The notes below the pieces were generated by a model, which was not told the origin of the DNA, did no database searches, and saw only the letters and a program-made list of their open reading frames with translations. The translations under genes and the position numbers were made by a program. Source: Micromonosporaceae bacterium (lineage in GTDB: Bacteria > Actinomycetota > Actinomycetes > Mycobacteriales > Micromonosporaceae). Taken from it: a DNA stretch of 24,000 nucleotides. This document shows, one piece after another, positions 22,195 to 24,000 of this stretch. The stretch is taken from positions 2,876 through 26,875 of the forward strand of contig DASSUC010000150.1 in the NCBI GenBank assembly GCA_035707405.1. The letters are read 5' to 3'. Within the stretch, counting starts at the first letter, position 1. The number at the start of each line of letters is the position of its first letter.

Positions 22195-24000
22195 ATGGGG
22201 GCGAACGACGCTGCGAGACCCCCTGCCCGGCGACCGGACGGGGCCGGGCAGCCCAGCCGCGCCGCACCGCTGGGCGAGGCCGCGGTGACCGGGCACAACC
22301 GGCCGAGCCGGCTGCAGTCCATCCGGATCCGGATCCTGCTGCCGGTCATCCTCGCCACCGCCGGGCTGGTCGGGCTCGGTGTCATCCAGACCGAGGACGC
22401 GATCGCCCAGACGCGCCAGGGCGACCGGGCCCGGGTGCTGGCCCGCATGTCCAACGCCGTGGTCACGCTGATCCATGAGCTGGAGCGGGAGTACGTCGAG
22501 ACGAACGCGCTGCGCCACCGGGGCGGCGAGGCCGGTAGCCAACTTCTTGTAGCGCAACGTGCCCGCACAGACACTGCGCGTACCAGATATGTGACGGCCG
22601 GGCGGGACGCGCGGGCCGCCGTACCCACGCTCGGCCCTTCCCTGGCGAACGCGGACGCGTTCCTCGACCGCATCCCGGCGGCCCGGGAGATCGCCCTGGC
22701 CAACCCGGAAGGCGCGCCGCAGGTCTTCAACGCCTACAACGACGCGGCCTACGCGCTGCTGGCGGTCGCCGACGCCATCCCGGCGCAGCTGACCGACCCG
22801 CAGCTGGTCGAGATCGCCCGGGCGGTCGTGCTCGTCGCCGAGGTGGAGCACCTGGCGGCCGAGCAGCTCGACGTGCTCCGGCGGGCGTTCACCCTGGAGC
22901 GGCTGCCAACCAGCGACCTGGTCCGCCTCGCCCGGCTCGCCGGTGCCGAAGGGCAGCGCCTCACCCAGCTGAAGCGCATCCCCGGCCCGGCCGCGCCGCG
23001 CTATGCCGACCTGGTCGCCGGTCCGGACGTGGAGACGTCGATACAGGCACGGGACCGGGTGCTCAGCCAACCCACCTCGCCCGAGGCGTTGGGCGTGGAC
23101 CCGGACGTGTGGTATGTGGCCCAGAGCGGCTACCTGCGCCGGCTGCGCCTGATGGAGGTCGCGCTCGCCGGAGAGATGGAGCGCGCCTCCTACGACGTCC
23201 AGATCGCCGGGCAGCGCAGGATCGCGCTGACCACCGGGCTCACCCTGCTGGTCGTGGTCATCGTCCTCGCCGGCTCCGGCGTGCTGGCCGTGCGCACCAG
23301 CCGCCGGCTGCGCCAGATGCGCGAGGCCGCGCTCACCGTCGCGCGCACCGAGCTGCCCAACGCGATCGCCCGGGTCACCGCGGCGACCGAGCCCGCCGCC
23401 GTGCGCGGCGCGCTGCAGGACTCGTCCACCCGCTTCGACAGCATGCTGACCACCGGCGCGGACGAGATCGGCGAGCTGTCCACGGCGTTCGGTGCGGTGC
23501 ACCGGCAGGCCCTGCGCCTCGCGGCGGACCAAGCGATGCTGCGCATGGATGTCGAAGCGATCTTCGTCGGCCTGGCCCGCCGGGGGCAGACGCTGGTGCA
23601 GCGCCAGATCCAGCTCATCGACCAGTTCGGGGAGGCGGAGCCGGATCCGGCCACCCGGACCCGGCTGCTCGCGCTGGACCACGTCGCCACCCGGATGCGG
23701 CGCAACGAGGAGAACCTGCTGGTCCTGGCCGGCGGCGAGCCCGGCCGGCGGTTCACCGCCCCGGTCTCGCTGCGGCGGGTGATCCGGGCCGCGGCCCGGG
23801 AGATCGAGGACTACCAGCGGGTGGACGCGTTCGACATCCCGCCGGTGGCGATCAGCGCCCAGGCCGCCCGCGACGTGATCCACCTCCTCGCGGAGCTGCT
23901 GGAGAACGCCACCAGCTTCTCGCCGCCGCACACCCCGGTGCGGGTGTCGGCCCGGTCCACCGTCGAGGGCCTGACCATCACCGTGTACGACGAGGGCATC
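22195..24000 (+). CDS. Sensor histidine kinase with a periplasmic nitrate/nitrite-sensing (NIT)-type domain, HAMP and HATPase (CvnA/conservon-like); 3' end outside window
   Basis: This gene is not in the supplied ORF track. My manual translation of the frame starting at 22195 (AAGGG about 8 nt upstream) is open with no stop through base 24000 and has high GC3. TM1: IRILLPVILATAGLVGLGVI. A helical extracytoplasmic domain of about 270 aa follows. TM2: IALTTGLTLLVVVIVLAGSGVLAV. Then ADEIGELSTAFGAVHRQA (HAMP), LLALDHVATRMRRNEENLLVLAG (phospho-acceptor region) and HLLAELLENATSFSPP (N-box). The minus-strand ORF 22156-23931 is its shadow. Confidence 0.85.
   Translation, partial: MGANDAARPPARRPDGAGQPSRAAPLGEAAVTGHNRPSRLQSIRIRILLPVILATAGLVGLGVIQTEDAIAQTRQGDRARVLARMSNAVVTLIHELEREYVETNALRHRGGEAGSQLLVAQRARTDTARTRYVTAGRDARAAVPTLGPSLANADAFLDRIPAAREIALANPEGAPQVFNAYNDAAYALLAVADAIPAQLTDPQLVEIARAVVLVAEVEHLAAEQLDVLRRAFTLERLPTSDLVRLARLAGAEGQRLTQLKRIPGPAAPRYADLVAGPDVETSIQARDRVLSQPTSPEALGVDPDVWYVAQSGYLRRLRLMEVALAGEMERASYDVQIAGQRRIALTTGLTLLVVVIVLAGSGVLAVRTSRRLRQMREAALTVARTELPNAIARVTAATEPAAVRGALQDSSTRFDSMLTTGADEIGELSTAFGAVHRQALRLAADQAMLRMDVEAIFVGLARRGQTLVQRQIQLIDQFGEAEPDPATRTRLLALDHVATRMRRNEENLLVLAGGEPGRRFTAPVSLRRVIRAAAREIEDYQRVDAFDIPPVAISAQAARDVIHLLAELLENATSFSPPHTPVRVSARSTVEGLTITVYDEGI

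Noticed and set aside
22156-23931. 591-aa minus-strand ORF from the track
   Set aside because: Its translation is Arg/Pro/Gly/His-rich with no recognisable motif. It lies exactly antisense to a plus-strand frame with clear histidine-kinase motifs and high GC3. It is a shadow ORF typical of high-G+C DNA.
1-24000. Mobile-element or prophage origin of the PKS/NRPS/NOS island (looked for transposase, integrase, tRNA attachment sites, flanking direct repeats)
   Set aside because: No transposase or integrase ORF, tRNA gene or terminal inverted/direct repeat pair was found. Only the TA pair and two lower-G+C patches hint at horizontal acquisition, which is insufficient to call a mobile element.

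Overview
High-G+C, actinomycete-type DNA. The core is a compact, apparently orphan hybrid PKS/NRPS locus (about 1185-14939). It begins with a single-module type I PKS (KS-AT-DH-KR-ACP) that has no loading module. This is translationally coupled to an NRPS (C-A-T-R, Gly-like specificity code, reductive release). An MDR quinone-oxidoreductase-like enzyme and a ketopantoate-reductase-family enzyme follow, then a free-standing Thr-like adenylation enzyme. Next comes a lower-G+C gene for a small 4-TM membrane protein on the opposite strand. After that is a bacterial nitric oxide synthase (NOS) oxygenase carrying an unusual C-terminal tail of about 358 aa rich in Pro/Gly/Ala. No P450 partner is present in the window. 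To the left lie a partial flotillin/SPFH gene and an AT-rich regulatory island. To the right lie a MazF-like/RHH toxin-antitoxin pair, a divergent biotin locus (bioB plus a small Cys-rich BsaP-like gene on the minus strand, bioF-bioD on the plus strand) and the 5' part of a NIT-domain (CvnA-like) sensor histidine kinase. That kinase gene is absent from the supplied ORF track because it runs off the window. There are several short tandem repeats: an 18-bp in-frame repeat in the NRPS A domain, a 20-bp intergenic repeat upstream of the A-domain gene, an 18-bp repeat in the NOS tail and a 21-bp duplication in bioD. Several palindromes are also noted. I found no rRNA, tRNA, CRISPR array, transposase or integrase. 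All functional calls come from motif reading of the translations, and no database search was possible.
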